A stretch of 64,000 nt of DNA. Source: Asterias rubens (lineage: Eukaryota). The stretch covers positions 1,302,001 to 1,366,000 of the forward strand of contig NC_047083.1 in NCBI RefSeq assembly GCF_902459465.1, given 5' to 3'. The notes below the pieces were generated by a model that was not told where the DNA came from, ran no database searches, and saw only the letters and a program-made list of their open reading frames with translations. Position numbers and translations under genes: made by a program. This document shows positions 51,648 to 64,000 of the stretch, in pieces; positions within the stretch are counted from its first letter, which is position 1, and every line of letters begins with the position of its first letter.

Positions 51648-53912
51648 GTAACAAAGTCATCGTGGAAAAGGACGAAATGTGGTGAGAGAAAATCTGGGAT
51701 ATTGCATGTTTTGTAACATATTAAAAATGAACCATTCACAGAGAAGTCTATATATATGCGCTTTGAGATGAAAACAAAAGAGAAGTAAATGTTAATAGAG
51801 ATGTGAAGTAATTACAAATTTTGTTGTTTCAAATTTTAATTTATCCCGTTTTTATGTCCATATATAATTCATTAATTGAAAAGGTAATTGGTTTTGAGCA
51901 CAGAGAGCATGTGCATATTTCTTGGTTTAGAATAGCAGATCCAGTAGGCCTAACTGGGGCACTGTTTAAAAAAAAATTGTTCTGGGAAGATGCCAATTTT
52001 TTTAGAATAACAAAGGATACAGCGCCCCAGTTGGAATCCCCTCAGTTTACTGGGTCTAAAAAGAAATCCATGGAGCTATATATATATGCCTGGAGGGGGT
52101 GGGGCAACCTCCTTCCCAGGTGTGATCGATCTCACAGCGCCATTTTTTCCCAACATGCCTTGCTCAATCATAACTCCTGGAATTGGCAAATTTAATGTGC
52201 TATTGCTAGCACATTTAAATGAGCCATAATGAGCGTACATATTCATTATTCAATATTTTCTACACGCGCACGCATGTCTTTCGTCTTAAAGAATGATTTT
52301 GTTTTTGTTTTTAAAAAACGGGTTGTGTCATAAAAACGTGGGCGTGATCAAATGTACTAGTTTATTGCTCCATGAACGTACAAAACTACGCGCGCACGCA
52401 CTTGACATCTAATGCATAACCGATATCCTAAGCCAATCAGCGTTGTTTTCCAGTACATCCCTCTCAGGGGTAAGTGACGAGAGGTATCGATCTGGCGCGC
52501 TGCCCATGGTAGCGAGGCTGGGGGTGGGGGGGAGGCGGGGGTCGCAAATAGTGTTTGCTCACTTTTGTACAGTTCCAAGAAGATCTTCTCTAAGTTAGTT
52601 AAACAGAACAAAACAGAAGGTTTTTGTATGGTTTATCGCGAATAGCAAAATATCAAGAGAGGGCGTTGTTGAACCCACACAAAGTATAGGTGATGCGTGC
52701 GCGAGTCGTGCATGACAAAATACACCGCGGTAGCAAATCTGCCAAGTAAATTTCCATCAAATTTCCATATTTTTTATTTCCAAACTGGTTATGTCCTTTT
52801 TTTTTTTTTTATCAGGAAATTTCTAATGTCAAATTTTAATGTAATTTGTATAACTTTTTATTTAATTTTGTATTGTTTACCCTTTTTATTGTAAATTGTT
52901 GCAATTCAGCATGTGGCTGCTTATGCAATTTTTTAATAAACCATTCTATATAAATGTTTAGACTTGAACTCAAGGTTAGTAGGCCCCCTAAGACCTATGC
53001 AACACTTCAATTTTTGTTGTAACTTTACCCATAATCTCTAATCTCTATTTCCTGGGTGTGGGAAAGATCCAACTTCAACCAATAAACTGTACTCTGTGGT
53101 AACTAAACACGCAAACGTTTGGGCTTGGATACGATTGGTATGTAGCGTTGAATGATAAGCGCAAGACTGCTCCCATGAAATTCTCAAATTTGACGTTGTA
53201 GGTTAGTTTGGCAAAAATAAATGAGGAATTCGCGCCTACACAATCTTCTCATAATTATTTATCATTGCAGCGGTTGACCCCGTAAACTGCATGACGCAGC
53301 AACACTTACTTCTTTTCTACCACCTGTAAAAAATCGTTGAAATGATTGGATCCAACAATTTTTACAGATTGTTACCTTTTGAATTTTTTGGTAAAATGAA
53401 ATAATTTTGTATTGGCCTGTGAATTCCCTATGGATGGGTGGTAAACCCAATTGAAACAATATACAGAAATAAGTGTAAAAATCATAAACGCTTTGTCAAG
53501 TACAAAATGAACAACAACAGTTTTTACACTCATCTTTCACATACTACAGCCGTTTTCACGAAACGCTAGGATTTATCCTATTTCGAGTTAGGACAAGTTA
53601 CCCGTCCTAACTTAGGATGGGTTCAATGCGTCCTATACCGTCTATGGATTGGGAACTTAAATCGTCCTTAGCCCTAAGATTACTCCTAAATTAGGAAGAA
53701 TTTTGTGAAATCGACGACATGCAGTTCCTTTAATTTGAAACATGTACTTATGGTTTCAATGTAGGTGTCTATTACCTCTTGAGAGCGTGGTACTTTAACA
53801 CTGTTTCCGACTGACAGCATTGGATGCCCGTTGTGGTTTGGAGTGAAACTGTTTTTTGTGTTAGCTAACTGAACCTCTGAAACACCTGTAGGAGTTATCA
53901 AGGCATCAAATC

Positions 53913-56900
53913 ATGGAGAGCTCGGATTTCTTCGGGTAAGCTGCATTTATTGTTAATATTTATTACACGTGTTTCTTAAAGCCATTATACACTTTCGGTA
54001 AACAGTATTGTCCAAGTCCCACACTTCGTGTATCACAACTTATATATAAAATAACAATCCTGTGGAAATTTAGGCTCAATCGGACATCGGAGTCAGGAGA
54101 AAATAACGGGAAAACCCACTCCTGTTTTCGCGCGTTTCGCCGTGTCATGACATGTGTTTATAACAAATCCGTAATTCTCGCTAACAAGAATTTATATTGT
54201 TTTACCGTTTTCTCAAAAAGTAAAGCATTTCATGGACTAATAGTTCAAGAGAAGTCTTTCGCCATTACCTTCTGTAAACCCCGTAAATTATTTGTAAATC
54301 TGTGAACTTTTTTTTTTTTCTCTACCGAAAGGGTCCAATGGCTTTAAATGAATGTTACAGAATTGAAAAGAAAGAAAGAAGATCACAGATTTACATTAAA
54401 CTTGTGAACACTCTCTAATGATAATTGTTGTAGAAAGCATCCCTTGAAATATTTCTCTCTGAAACGTCATATTATTTGATGAGAAATAAATAATCTTATT
54501 TTGCGTTTAGAGTGTATTAATTTTTGTTTTTGCATCTATGGCATGCAAATTAATGTGTAATAGGTTTTTCACTATTTACTTGTAACTCAGATGGCAGATC
54601 AATCTCAAACCTGTACAGATTTGTCAGTTTATGGTAAACAAATTAATTCTTAAATATAATAAGTAAAATAAGAATGAGTTTTTTTATAATATATAAAAAA
54701 TAAAAGTAAGTAAACAAATAAATACAAATAAAGTGTAAACAGTCTTAAAAACACTCAATAATTTTCAGCAAATTTGAACCACTTTCTAAAACAATTTTCT
54801 AGAAAATCCTGTTCAGAAAGCAGGAAAAATAAATTATTAATGTTGTGCAAAAATTTACATTTAGAATAGCTACCCTAAAAAAGAATCATCATACATTTAT
54901 TCATAGAATCTTGAATAAATAAATATCTCCAGCTTCTACTTCTTAAAGATACTGAACACTATTGGTAACTGTCAAAGACCAGCCTTCTCACTTGGTGTAT
55001 CTCAACATCGTACATTTTACAAACCTGTGAGAATTTGACCTCAATTGGTCGTCGAAGTTGCGAGATAATATTTGGGAAAAAAGGAAAAAAACACACTTTG
55101 TCACACAAAGTTGTGTGCTTTCAGATGCTTGATTTTGAGACCTCAATTCTTAATCTGAGGTCTCGAAATCAAATTCGTGGAAATTTACTTCTTTCTCAAA
55201 AACTACGTCAGTTCAGAGGGAGCTGTTTCTTACAATATATTTTTACTATCAACCTCTCCCCATTACTCGTAATCAAGAAAAGTTTTATGCTAATAATTAT
55301 TTTGAGTAATTACCAATAGTGTCCACTGTCTTTAAGTAGTCCCTATAACTGCCTGCAAGCCTTTCTCCTCTTAATAGAGTTGTTTGTAGTGATCATGATA
55401 AATTTACCCGGTACAGCTGAAGTGTCTTATTATTCTCAGCATACTTTAAAGCCATTGGACCCTTTCGGTACAGCAAAAAAAAAAGTTCACAGATTTACAA
55501 ATAACTTACAGGGTTTACAGAAAGTAGTGGTGAAATACTTGTCTTGAAATATTATTCCATGAAATGCTTTACTTTTTGAGAAAACAGCAAAACAATATAA
55601 ATTCTCGTTAACGAGAATTACGGATTTATTTTAAACACATGTCATGACACGGCGAAACGCGCAGAAACAAGGGTGGGTTTTTCCGTTGTTTTCTCCCGAC
55701 TCCGATGACTGATTGAGCCTAAATTTTCACAGGTTTGTTATTTGATATAGAAGTTGTGGTACACAAAGTGTGGGCCTTGGACAACACTGTTTACCGAAAG
55801 GGTCCAATGGCTTTAATGGAAGACTTGACGTCATATCTTAACTCAGTAACCGATCAGCTCCTGAGGCTATTTTTTTCCAGTAAAACCCCTCTTAAAGGGA
55901 ACTTTTTCTAGGACACAAAACACAATGTCCACAGATTTACATCAAACTTACACGGTTTGAAGATAATGATGGTAGAAAGTTTCCCTTAAAAATGTTGACT
56001 TGCTGAGGTGCTGTAGTTTTTGAGAAATGAGTAAAGCAAGTCACTCAGTAAGACGAAAATTATTTTAGCATGTACTTAAACATATTTTCGTGACTTTGTT
56101 TTACTCATTACTCAAAAACTACAGCACCTCAGCAAGTAATATGTTTAGGTAAGCTTTCTAGTATCATTATCTTCAAACAGTGTAAGTTTAGTGTAAATCT
56201 GTGGACATTGTGTTTTATGTTACAAAAAGTACCCACATTTTTTAATTATAGTTACCTGCAAGCCTTTCTCCTCTCAATCAGACTGTTGTTTGTAGTTATC
56301 TGCATATCATGATAAATGTACAGATCTTAGAGATAATGTTGAAGTGTCTTATTATTCTCAGCACACTTGAATGAAAGACTTGACGTCATTTCTAAACCCT
56401 GGGGCTGTTTCTATTTTTTGCAGTAAAACTCCTCTTATCTTAAAGCAATCGCACAACATCGGTAAACAGTATTGTCCAAAGGCCTGAGCTTCGTGTATCA
56501 CAACTTATATATATATATGTTTTTAAAAGCTTTATCCTTTACGTATAAAATTTTTGTATTTTTGTATTTTTATGTGAATTGCCGAATAAATAATAATAAT
56601 AATAATAAAATAACAAACCTAGGCTATAATTTAGGCTCAATCGGTCATCGGAGTCGGGAGAAAAATAACAGGAAAACCCAGTCTGTTAGTCTCGATATCG
56701 AGAATTGATTCGAAAAAGCAACCTAGACCTTGCCTAGGTGTAATGTCTTCACTTATTATATTTTCCCCTCCCATCTTACGTCTTAGAGAGGAGAGTGATG
56801 ATGAGATTGGGAGTGAAAGATACACATCTGAGGAAGATAAAAGGTACAAGAAATCTTCCTTTCAATTTCTTTTAGTTTTCTTAACTGCTTTTCTTCTATT

Positions 56901-59900
56901 TTCTTCTAGTTTATGACTTCACTTCATTGGTGCTTTTTATTTTAAAAATATTTTTTGAATGATTTACTTATTTAAATTATGAGTTTCTTTTGTCTGTCTT
57001 CTCTGTTTTTCTATGAATCACCTTTGTGCTCTTGGCTACATGTCTGTTTTTGTGTATTTCTATTTTCTGTAAGGACCCGCGTGTGCTCAAAATTATTTGG
57101 GGGGGGGGGGTTATCCTTGGATAATTGTGTGCAGTTTTTCTTTCTTGTGTTCAAGTTTGGTTTCTTTCTTCCATTGTTTAACCTTTTGATGTTGTGCATG
57201 CATTGTGAAGTGTTCTTACTGTATTTTAATCTAAATAAATTCAATCAATCAAACCTGGTCAAAAATACTCTAAATTCTTTTGGCTTAGTCTATTGTGTGA
57301 ATCAGAGGAAAAAATTGTGAAAAATAATAATAATAATAATAATAACCCGTTTTTATATAGCGCTTTTCACACCCGGAGGGCGTCCCAAAGCGCTTCACAT
57401 TATTACCCCTGGTCACTGGGCCTTAAATCACTCCTTAAACCATCTCAACTCCCTGGTGGGGAGTATGCAGCCTGTGCAACATTAATATGCGCTACTCGGC
57501 TAAATCAATCACAAGAACCATCTCTGCCCTCACAATATTCAGCAAGTAATCACATTGTCCTTAATTTCAGTTGTAACAATCAGCTGTTGCCCATTTAAGG
57601 TTACCGATACAGTTTTCTCGAAAATGACATTTCAGATGAAAATATAAAAAAATAAAAAACATATTATGAACTCAACCAGTAATCTATCAGACTACTTTAA
57701 ATGTTGTTGTTTTTTGCATTTTTCAAAGACAAAACCATAGTGAAATTGAAAAGAGGCGTCGAGAGAAAATGAATGCTTACATTCAAGAACTGTGCGGTAT
57801 GGTGCCTACATGTAACTCTATGAAGTCTAAATTAGACAAGCTAACAATCCTGCGAATGGCTGTACAGCATGTCAAATCACTACGAGGTAAGGTACCAGAC
57901 TGTTAAAGTGGTTGGGCTAGTTTCAACAAGCTTGTCAAGCACAAAAAATTGCTTGGCAAAATAAATATCACTTAGGAGGCATGCAATTTACATTTTTATA
58001 ACTTGGTGCCCCGATGTTATTTTGCTGAGTAATATTTCTTGCTTAGAAACAGTATTTTGAAATCGGGCCTAGATTTGAAAAAATGTGCAGATTTCATCAT
58101 TTATGAAACATTCTTTCATAACATTTCCAAGTAAGTGTTAGAAAACAAACTTTTACAAATTTTTATAAATCTGTTTATTTATATTTTTTATTTTACTAAC
58201 TTTTCTTAAATTGTTATATAAAAAAAAGGTGTATTTATTTGTATGTACAATGTATTGTTCTTGTTTTTTGTAGTTTGTTTTTATAGTTTTTTATTTTTGT
58301 TTGTGGGGGGGGGGGTAGGAAAGTGAGCTGTATTATGATTTTCATTAAGTGTTGTTTCAGTCTTTCTTATTAGTCGTATTTATTTTATGGTACGAGTAGG
58401 AACTGTGAGCTCCATTAATGAAACAAACTTCAAACCAGCCTTCCTGGCCGAGGACGAGCTGAAAAGACTTATTTTGGAGGTAAGAATGTAATGCTAATAA
58501 GGCGATAGGGGTGGGTCCATGATATGTGGGTAACTTTTAGTAGTAAGGTAATAATCTGGATTTCAAGCACAAAAAGTTGCTGTGCAAAACAAAGTTATGC
58601 ATATGTTGAGATACACCAAGTGAGAAGACTGGTCTTTGACAATTACCAAAGGTGTTCAATGTCTTTAAAATTCTTTTTCTTTTTGTTTTCCATTTAGGCT
58701 GCAGAAGGATTCCTGTTTGTTGTTAGCTGCGATCGAGGTCGGATGAACTACGTCTCAGAGTCAGTGTCTCATGTTCTGAACATAAGCAGGGTACGTCTTA
58801 AAATCATTTACTCATTTCGCCGCTAATTTGAAATCACTGGAGTAGATGGAATCTAATTTCAAGAGGCACATAGAGTGGGCGGGGCGGGGGGGGGGGTGGT
58901 GCTGTCTTTTTGGAGAGTGAGCGTACACCTTTGGTAATTACTCCAAAATTTAACCACTTGTAAAAACTAACTTAGTAAAGAGCACTAGAGTGATGGCTGA
59001 TTGAGCCAAAATTTTCACAGGTTTGTTCATTTATGAATATATTGGGATACACCAAGTGAGAATACTGGTCTCGGAGAAAGACATCTAAAATGTCAATTTT
59101 TGTCTTCTTTTCTTGTAGGAACATCTGATTGGCCAAAGCCTGTTTGACATCATGCATCCAAAAGACATGTCAAAGGTCAAAGAGCAACTATCATCCTCTG
59201 GTCTCATTCCCAGGGAGCGATTCATCGATGCAAAAAGTGAGTGAGATTTAAATGTGGGGTCGAAAGAAAGACAGAGAGCTTCGCTGTTCTCAACAGATGT
59301 ACCCTCACAGTTGTGCCTAATTCATCTAGATGTTTCCCAAGTACTTTCGGTTTGATGCCAAGCACTCCAACCACCACATGAACTACGTTCACTTTCAACT
59401 GCCAAATCTTACAAAGTTCCCTGACCATCCGGTCTTGGTACTTCTGGGTCTTTTCCATCTCTTTTGAAGACCCTTATATCACCCGTCACAGCTATGTCAA
59501 TGAGACGACAACATCCTGATGCCTTGTTATATAACAAGATCAGTCTGAGTGTTAAATAAAGAGTTTCTGTGCTTACGACCATGACAAATGTCTGCGCTAG
59601 CTGTATAATGAAGAATGCCTAGTAATGTGGAGTACGCACATGCACAAGCAAACATTCCCTGCTAACTTGTGAAATACGCTTGACGTAAACCCAGAATTCC
59701 CTGCCTCCCATAAGCGCTGATTCTTTGCTTACTGTAAGAAGAGCAATGAAATTGGTCCCTGGTCGGGCTCTACAACTTTCTCAGAAACATGGTCGTGCCA
59801 TTTCACATTGTTGTTGTTATTTCATATGTGTCTTTCTATGACATTGCCATTAACAGCTGGTCTGCCGCTCAAGACTGAAGTGATCACGTCTCCTCCTCGG

Positions 59901-62536
59901 CTTCTCTCCGGTGCGCGAAGGTCCTTCTTCTGTAGGATGAAGATTTTCAATCAAGTGTTGATGGCCAAGATGGAAGAAGACCAGATGTCATCCAAGAAGC
60001 AGTTAAAGCAAGGCTCAGGTAATGCCAACTGTTTGGACTCTCAAAGAAGGAACGGTCTTGCAGACCGGTTCCAGCTCTTGGTTCATGGCTCCCAAAGAAG
60101 ATCGGGGCCCAATTTCATGGCTCTGCTTACCGCCACCATCTTGGTCATGTTCCATGGATCAATTACAGTAACGGATGCTAATATTCCTTGCACAAAAGAG
60201 GAACCAGACTATTTCTCCTTCCAGCCTCAGTTTGGTTACCTTGATTTGAATGGGAAAAAACTCAAGATGGCCACCCAATGATAAAGGTCTATTTCATAGA
60301 TGTAACAGTTTCACATTGCTCTATCTATTTGTTATAGATCGGAAGAATTACATCACCATACACTGCACAGGGTACCTAAAGAGCTGGCCCCTGGCAAACT
60401 TTGGCAGCGGGATGGAGAATGAGAATGAGAACGATGGATGTAACTTGAGCTGCCTCGTCGCTATTGCAAGGGTAAGAACTCTGCACCCGATTTCACGAAA
60501 CGATTTCATGATTTCTCGAAGATAGCTAGTTTTCTAGGAAGAGCAACTTGTCCTAACTTAAGATGGGTTCAATGCATCCTACGCTTTTTGATACGGACTT
60601 TAACTCGTACCAAGTCCTAAGATTAATCCTACGTTAGGATGAGTTTGGTGAAATCGACGGCTGGTGTTACTCCAATAGCAGTCAGTTGGCTGTGACTCGC
60701 AGTACATTGACACAGAGGTTTTTTATTTTTATTTTTTTATTTTATTTCGTGTTTTGAATTCTAATGAACAACGTATATAGATATATTATGCTCTGGAGTA
60801 GGGGTATTGGTAAAACCCCAGCAGCCGATTTCACAAAACTATACGCAACTCCTAAAGTCCACTTGCGCAACATTTATGGCGCAACTTGCGCAAGTGGACT
60901 TACGTAGTTTCGTGAAATCGGCTGCAGGGTTTTCTTGAAACATATAATTGGAACCCTGTGGAAAAGGGAGCTAGGCAGGGACAGTGTGTAAGTGCGGGGG
61001 TGTAACTGTGGGGGTCTTGGGGTCTCCCCAGGGCTGTCTTCCAGGGGGATAAGAGATACAGTGTGAAAAGGTACTTTTTCAAAATGTCCGTAGATTTACA
61101 TTAAGCTTACAGGGTTTGAAGATAATGATAGTGGAAAGCTTCCCTTCAAATTATTACTTACTGAGGTGCTGTAGTTTTTGTGAAATGAGTAAAAAAAATT
61201 CATGAAAATACGTTTGTAAATGATTAAAAAAAATTTCGTCTCCTGAGACGAAAAATATTTGTATGACATGTTTTTACTCAATTCCCCAAAACTACAGCAC
61301 CTCAGCACGTAATATTTTCAGGGAAGCTTTCTACTATCATTATCTTCAAACTGTGTAAGTTTTGTGTAAATCTGTGGACATTGTGTTTTTTGTACTACAA
61401 AAGTGACATAGACCCTTTAAACAAAGCAGATAAAACACTCTTTGAACTTTGAACCCTGACCCTTGTTTTTCTTCCGTTACAGCCTATTCAAATGCCACAG
61501 CCGTCGCGTAACGAAAGTGATCTGGCACAGCCTGCTGAGTTTGTATCCAGACATGCCATCGATGGAAAGTATACATTCGTGGATCAGAGGTGAGGTTTTG
61601 AAAATTATTTAAAAAGATTTTTGGGGTTGAACAAAGAATTGACTAGAGTGGGTTTTCGAACCAACGACCTCCGGATTAACGTGCCGGCGCTCTACCAACT
61701 GAGCTATCTAGCCCTATATTGGCGGTGTCCCTATTTTGTCAATATCTTTGTTCGGGGGTGCCAGTCAGAAGCCAGTCAGAAAATTATTTAAGTTAATTGA
61801 TTTGAGGTTTGACAAAAAAAAATTGACTAGAGCGAGATTTGACAATGACCGGATTAAAGTGCCGTGGCTCTACCAACTGAGCTATGTTGGCGGTCTCAGT
61901 TGGTAGAGCATGTAAGATCAAAAATTTGATATTTCATTTTTTTCAATGGATTGTTAGAGCCACCGCAGTGTTGGGATACTTGCCCCAGGAGCTTCTGGGG
62001 ACCTCATGCTATGAATATTTCCACTCGGACGATATTCATCAAATGGCGGAAAGTCATAAAGCAGGTTTGTTTTTTTGATTATTTGTTCAGATGATCTTCC
62101 CTTCAAAATTACTACTAATAATAATATCGACGTCTTATATAGCGCATGTATCTACCAAACAAGGTAATCAAGGCGCTGAGTATAATTATACAAACTTTCA
62201 GAAAGATAGGTTATTGCAGTGATGAATTTAGAGACCCAATTATTAGGCACCTTATAAGGGTTTACTATGCAATTCTCTTTTCACTTGACCTGAAGATACA
62301 TAACTTTCTAAGATTCATCGAGTTCAAGACACTCTGAGTGCATTTTTTCAAACACACTTTCTTCTGTGATTTGTCACCTTTTCAGTCTTAATAGGAAAGG
62401 AGAAGATTTTGACCAATGCGTATCGCCTGAGAGCTAAGAATGGCGTCTTTGTTCAACTGAGGACGAAAATGTTCTGTTTCCGCAATCCGTGGACGAAAGA
62501 TGTCGAGTATATCGTCTGCACAAACACACTCATCAA
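53913..62536 (+). CDS. BMAL1: bHLH-PAS circadian transcription factor BMAL1/cycle (ARNTL); C-terminal exons not found in window
   Basis: Exons 53913-53935 (MESSDFFG, start inferred), 56787-56843, 57729-57886 (b[19 protein letters not shown]...[14 protein letters not shown]), 58400-58479, 58698-58790, 59119-59236, 59857-60018 (TGLPLKT...[12 protein letters not shown]), 60338-60471 ([10 protein letters not shown]), 61483-61589 ([10 protein letters not shown]), 61958-62064, 62386-62536 ([11 protein letters not shown]). EKRRR-KMN, KLDKL, MAVQH and the PAS-A linker indicate BMAL/CYC rather than ARNT. Confidence 0.93.
54947..55331. mobile_element. MITE family A copy
   Basis: TIRs and TTAA flanks. 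Confidence 0.8.
55450..55812. mobile_element. TTAA-flanked MITE family C
   Basis: TIR AGCCATTGGACCCTTTCGGTA. Inverted copy at 53980-54343 and partial copy at about 56443-56690. Confidence 0.85.
57322..57535 (-). mobile_element. SINE/LINE 3' fragment with (TTA)n tail
   Basis: GCGCTATATAAAAACGGG followed by (TTA)n on the minus strand. Confidence 0.5.
59245..59530 (-). mobile_element. R4/Dong-like non-LTR retrotransposon relic (restriction-like endonuclease C-terminus)
   Basis: With one frameshift: [14 protein letters not shown] / [36 protein letters not shown]...LRTAKL. Confidence 0.7.
61640..61780 (-). mobile_element. tRNA-like element (SINE-like, probably not a functional tRNA)
   Basis: 61641-61713 folds as a cloverleaf with GGCTAGA/TCTAGTC acceptor stem and GCTC/GAGC D stem, but has an aberrant anticodon loop (ACGTTAA) and T loop. 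Degenerate copy at 61820-61910; its upstream flank recurs at 63965-64000. Confidence 0.6.
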
Positions 62537-63009
62537 GTTAGTGATGTTGTTGAACCCCTTCACCATTCCACTTCCATTGTTGGGCTTGAGTTTTAGATAT
62601 GTAGAACTGTGTTTGTAGTTGAGACTAAAGCAGAGGATGTCACAAATAACTGGATTCAAAATTATTAATTATTAATTAACATTTATTTCATCGTTGCCCA
62701 TTCAAAATACAGAACACCATCAAGAGTTTCAGCGGGATACATTTGTTCAAGAAGATGGTCAAATAAAGTAGGAAGGATTCCATACAGGGATTAAAAATAA
62801 AAAAAAAACACTGCTAAAAGTTTCAGCGGATAAGTTCGTTTTGAAAGAAGATGGTGAAATAAATTAGTAGTATGGTGTCCACTTGCAGGGATTAAAAACA
62901 CTGCCACCAAGAGTTTCAGCTGGACAAGTTTACTTTGAACGAATACGGACAATGTAGAATACTATCTAGGCGTCCTGAAGTTTGAGTTTCTTTATTGAGA
63001 AAAGCTTTT

Positions 63010-63500
63010 AAAAGTCAACATAAATGATTATAAAAACTGACAGATTCATTTTATTTAGAATTGTTGCTGGAAAAAGTTCCTGGCGTGATCGTGTTAATTT
63101 TGATCTTTGTGGTTCGTTAAAGTTCGGATGCCAAAGAAGAAGCCGATGATGCAGGGAACAAAGGCTCTCTGGTTGAAAACATGGTGTGTGATGTGGGTGA
63201 GTAAGATGCAATATGGGTGTGGTCCCTTTTGAAAGTGGAAGGCGGCTATGGCCGCTAATCTAGTCCGGAATGCTGTGGACTTTGTATGTGGTAAGCCGTG
63301 GAATGCAGTCTGTGGCCTGTACAGCTGTGGGCAAACAAAGGCTGCTATGCAGTCATGCGTGTAAAAGCCGGGCATTGAGGCCTGATACCGGCGTTAAGGG
63401 GTTAAGATGGGCGGTGCCATTCCAAAGAAGGGCGTGGGCTTCCCAAAGTTTTCCAAAGCTGTTCTTAAGTGTTCCCCCTCAACAGTGGTCTGCTGGCTGA
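63010..63500 (-). mobile_element. Degraded CR1-like LINE ORF2 fragment
   Basis: GC-richer island; across frameshifts EAHALLWNG, QSPQH/RLAAIAAFH and NQRAFVP resemble post-RT CR1 motifs. Confidence 0.4.
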
Positions 63501-64000
63501 AGGCCAGGTAAATCACATGAGGACCAGTTAAAATTCTAAGCCGATAATTGTTTTACAAGGTTTTTATTATCAACTCCAAAAGGGAAACAGTCCCATTTAA
63601 GTTCAAGTATCATTTAGTCCTGCTAAACCTTTTTTGTCTAAAAACATACCTTTGAGACCAAAACTTAGTTCAACAAAGTATTTAGTTCATCAAATTTATG
63701 CCATTTAGTGGTTCATCTGGCTAACTTATGTGGAAAGCTTGCTATAGAAAGTGTAGACCGGTGGAATGAAAAGCTAACTGGGGTGGATTTCACAAAGAGT
63801 TAGGACTAGTCTTATCTCGAGTTAGGACCAGTTACGCGTCCTAACTTAGGACTATCCATGTAATTTGTATATCTCCTAGGACAAGTCCTAAGTTAGGACT
63901 AGTCCTAACTCTTTGTGAAATCGACCCCTGGTCCTGCTGGCTCCTCACTGAACAATTTTCATAGAACAAAGATATTGGCAAAATAGGGAGACCGCCAAAT

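Noticed and set aside
59808-60525. ORF-track proteins of 157 aa and 91 aa as standalone genes
   Set aside because: They are BMAL1 exons read through into flanking intron and MITE sequence.
57729-62536. ARNT/tango identity for the bHLH-PAS gene
   Set aside because: ARNT has ERRRRNKMT, KPDKL and MAVSH; this gene has [14 protein letters not shown] and MAVQH plus the BMAL-type PAS-A linker.

Overview
AT-rich, intron-rich animal genomic DNA. The protein sequences and repeat families suggest an invertebrate deuterostome such as an echinoderm (inference). By reading splice sites and keeping frame across exons I reconstructed six conserved genes: CKAP5/XMAP215 (minus, 27 coding exons, runs off the left edge), PGAP4/TMEM246 (plus), TXNL4A/Dim1 (minus, intronless CDS), NDUFA9 (plus, 10 exons), KRR1 (minus, 7 exons) and BMAL1/cycle (plus, 11 coding exons seen, C-terminus not found). 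They appear to form three head-to-head pairs. Introns are crowded with TTAA-flanked (Kolobok-like) and Harbinger-like MITEs, tRNA-derived SINE-like elements, relics of four LINE types (L2, RTE, CR1-like, R4/Dong-like) and local tandem duplications. The most notable observations are: (1) a minimal Penelope-type hammerhead ribozyme motif in a KRR1 intron; (2) three extra tandem copies of a CKAP5 exon 3' end plus donor, diverged mostly at synonymous sites; (3) a tRNA-like unit that occurs as circularly permuted head-to-tail repeats; (4) a duplicated PGAP4 splice acceptor whose first copy leads straight into a stop codon; (5) a shared KRR1/BMAL1 promoter region containing a D-box-like site. No prokaryotic-type systems, CRISPR arrays or rRNA genes were seen. 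All gene calls rest on recalled family sequences, not database searches.
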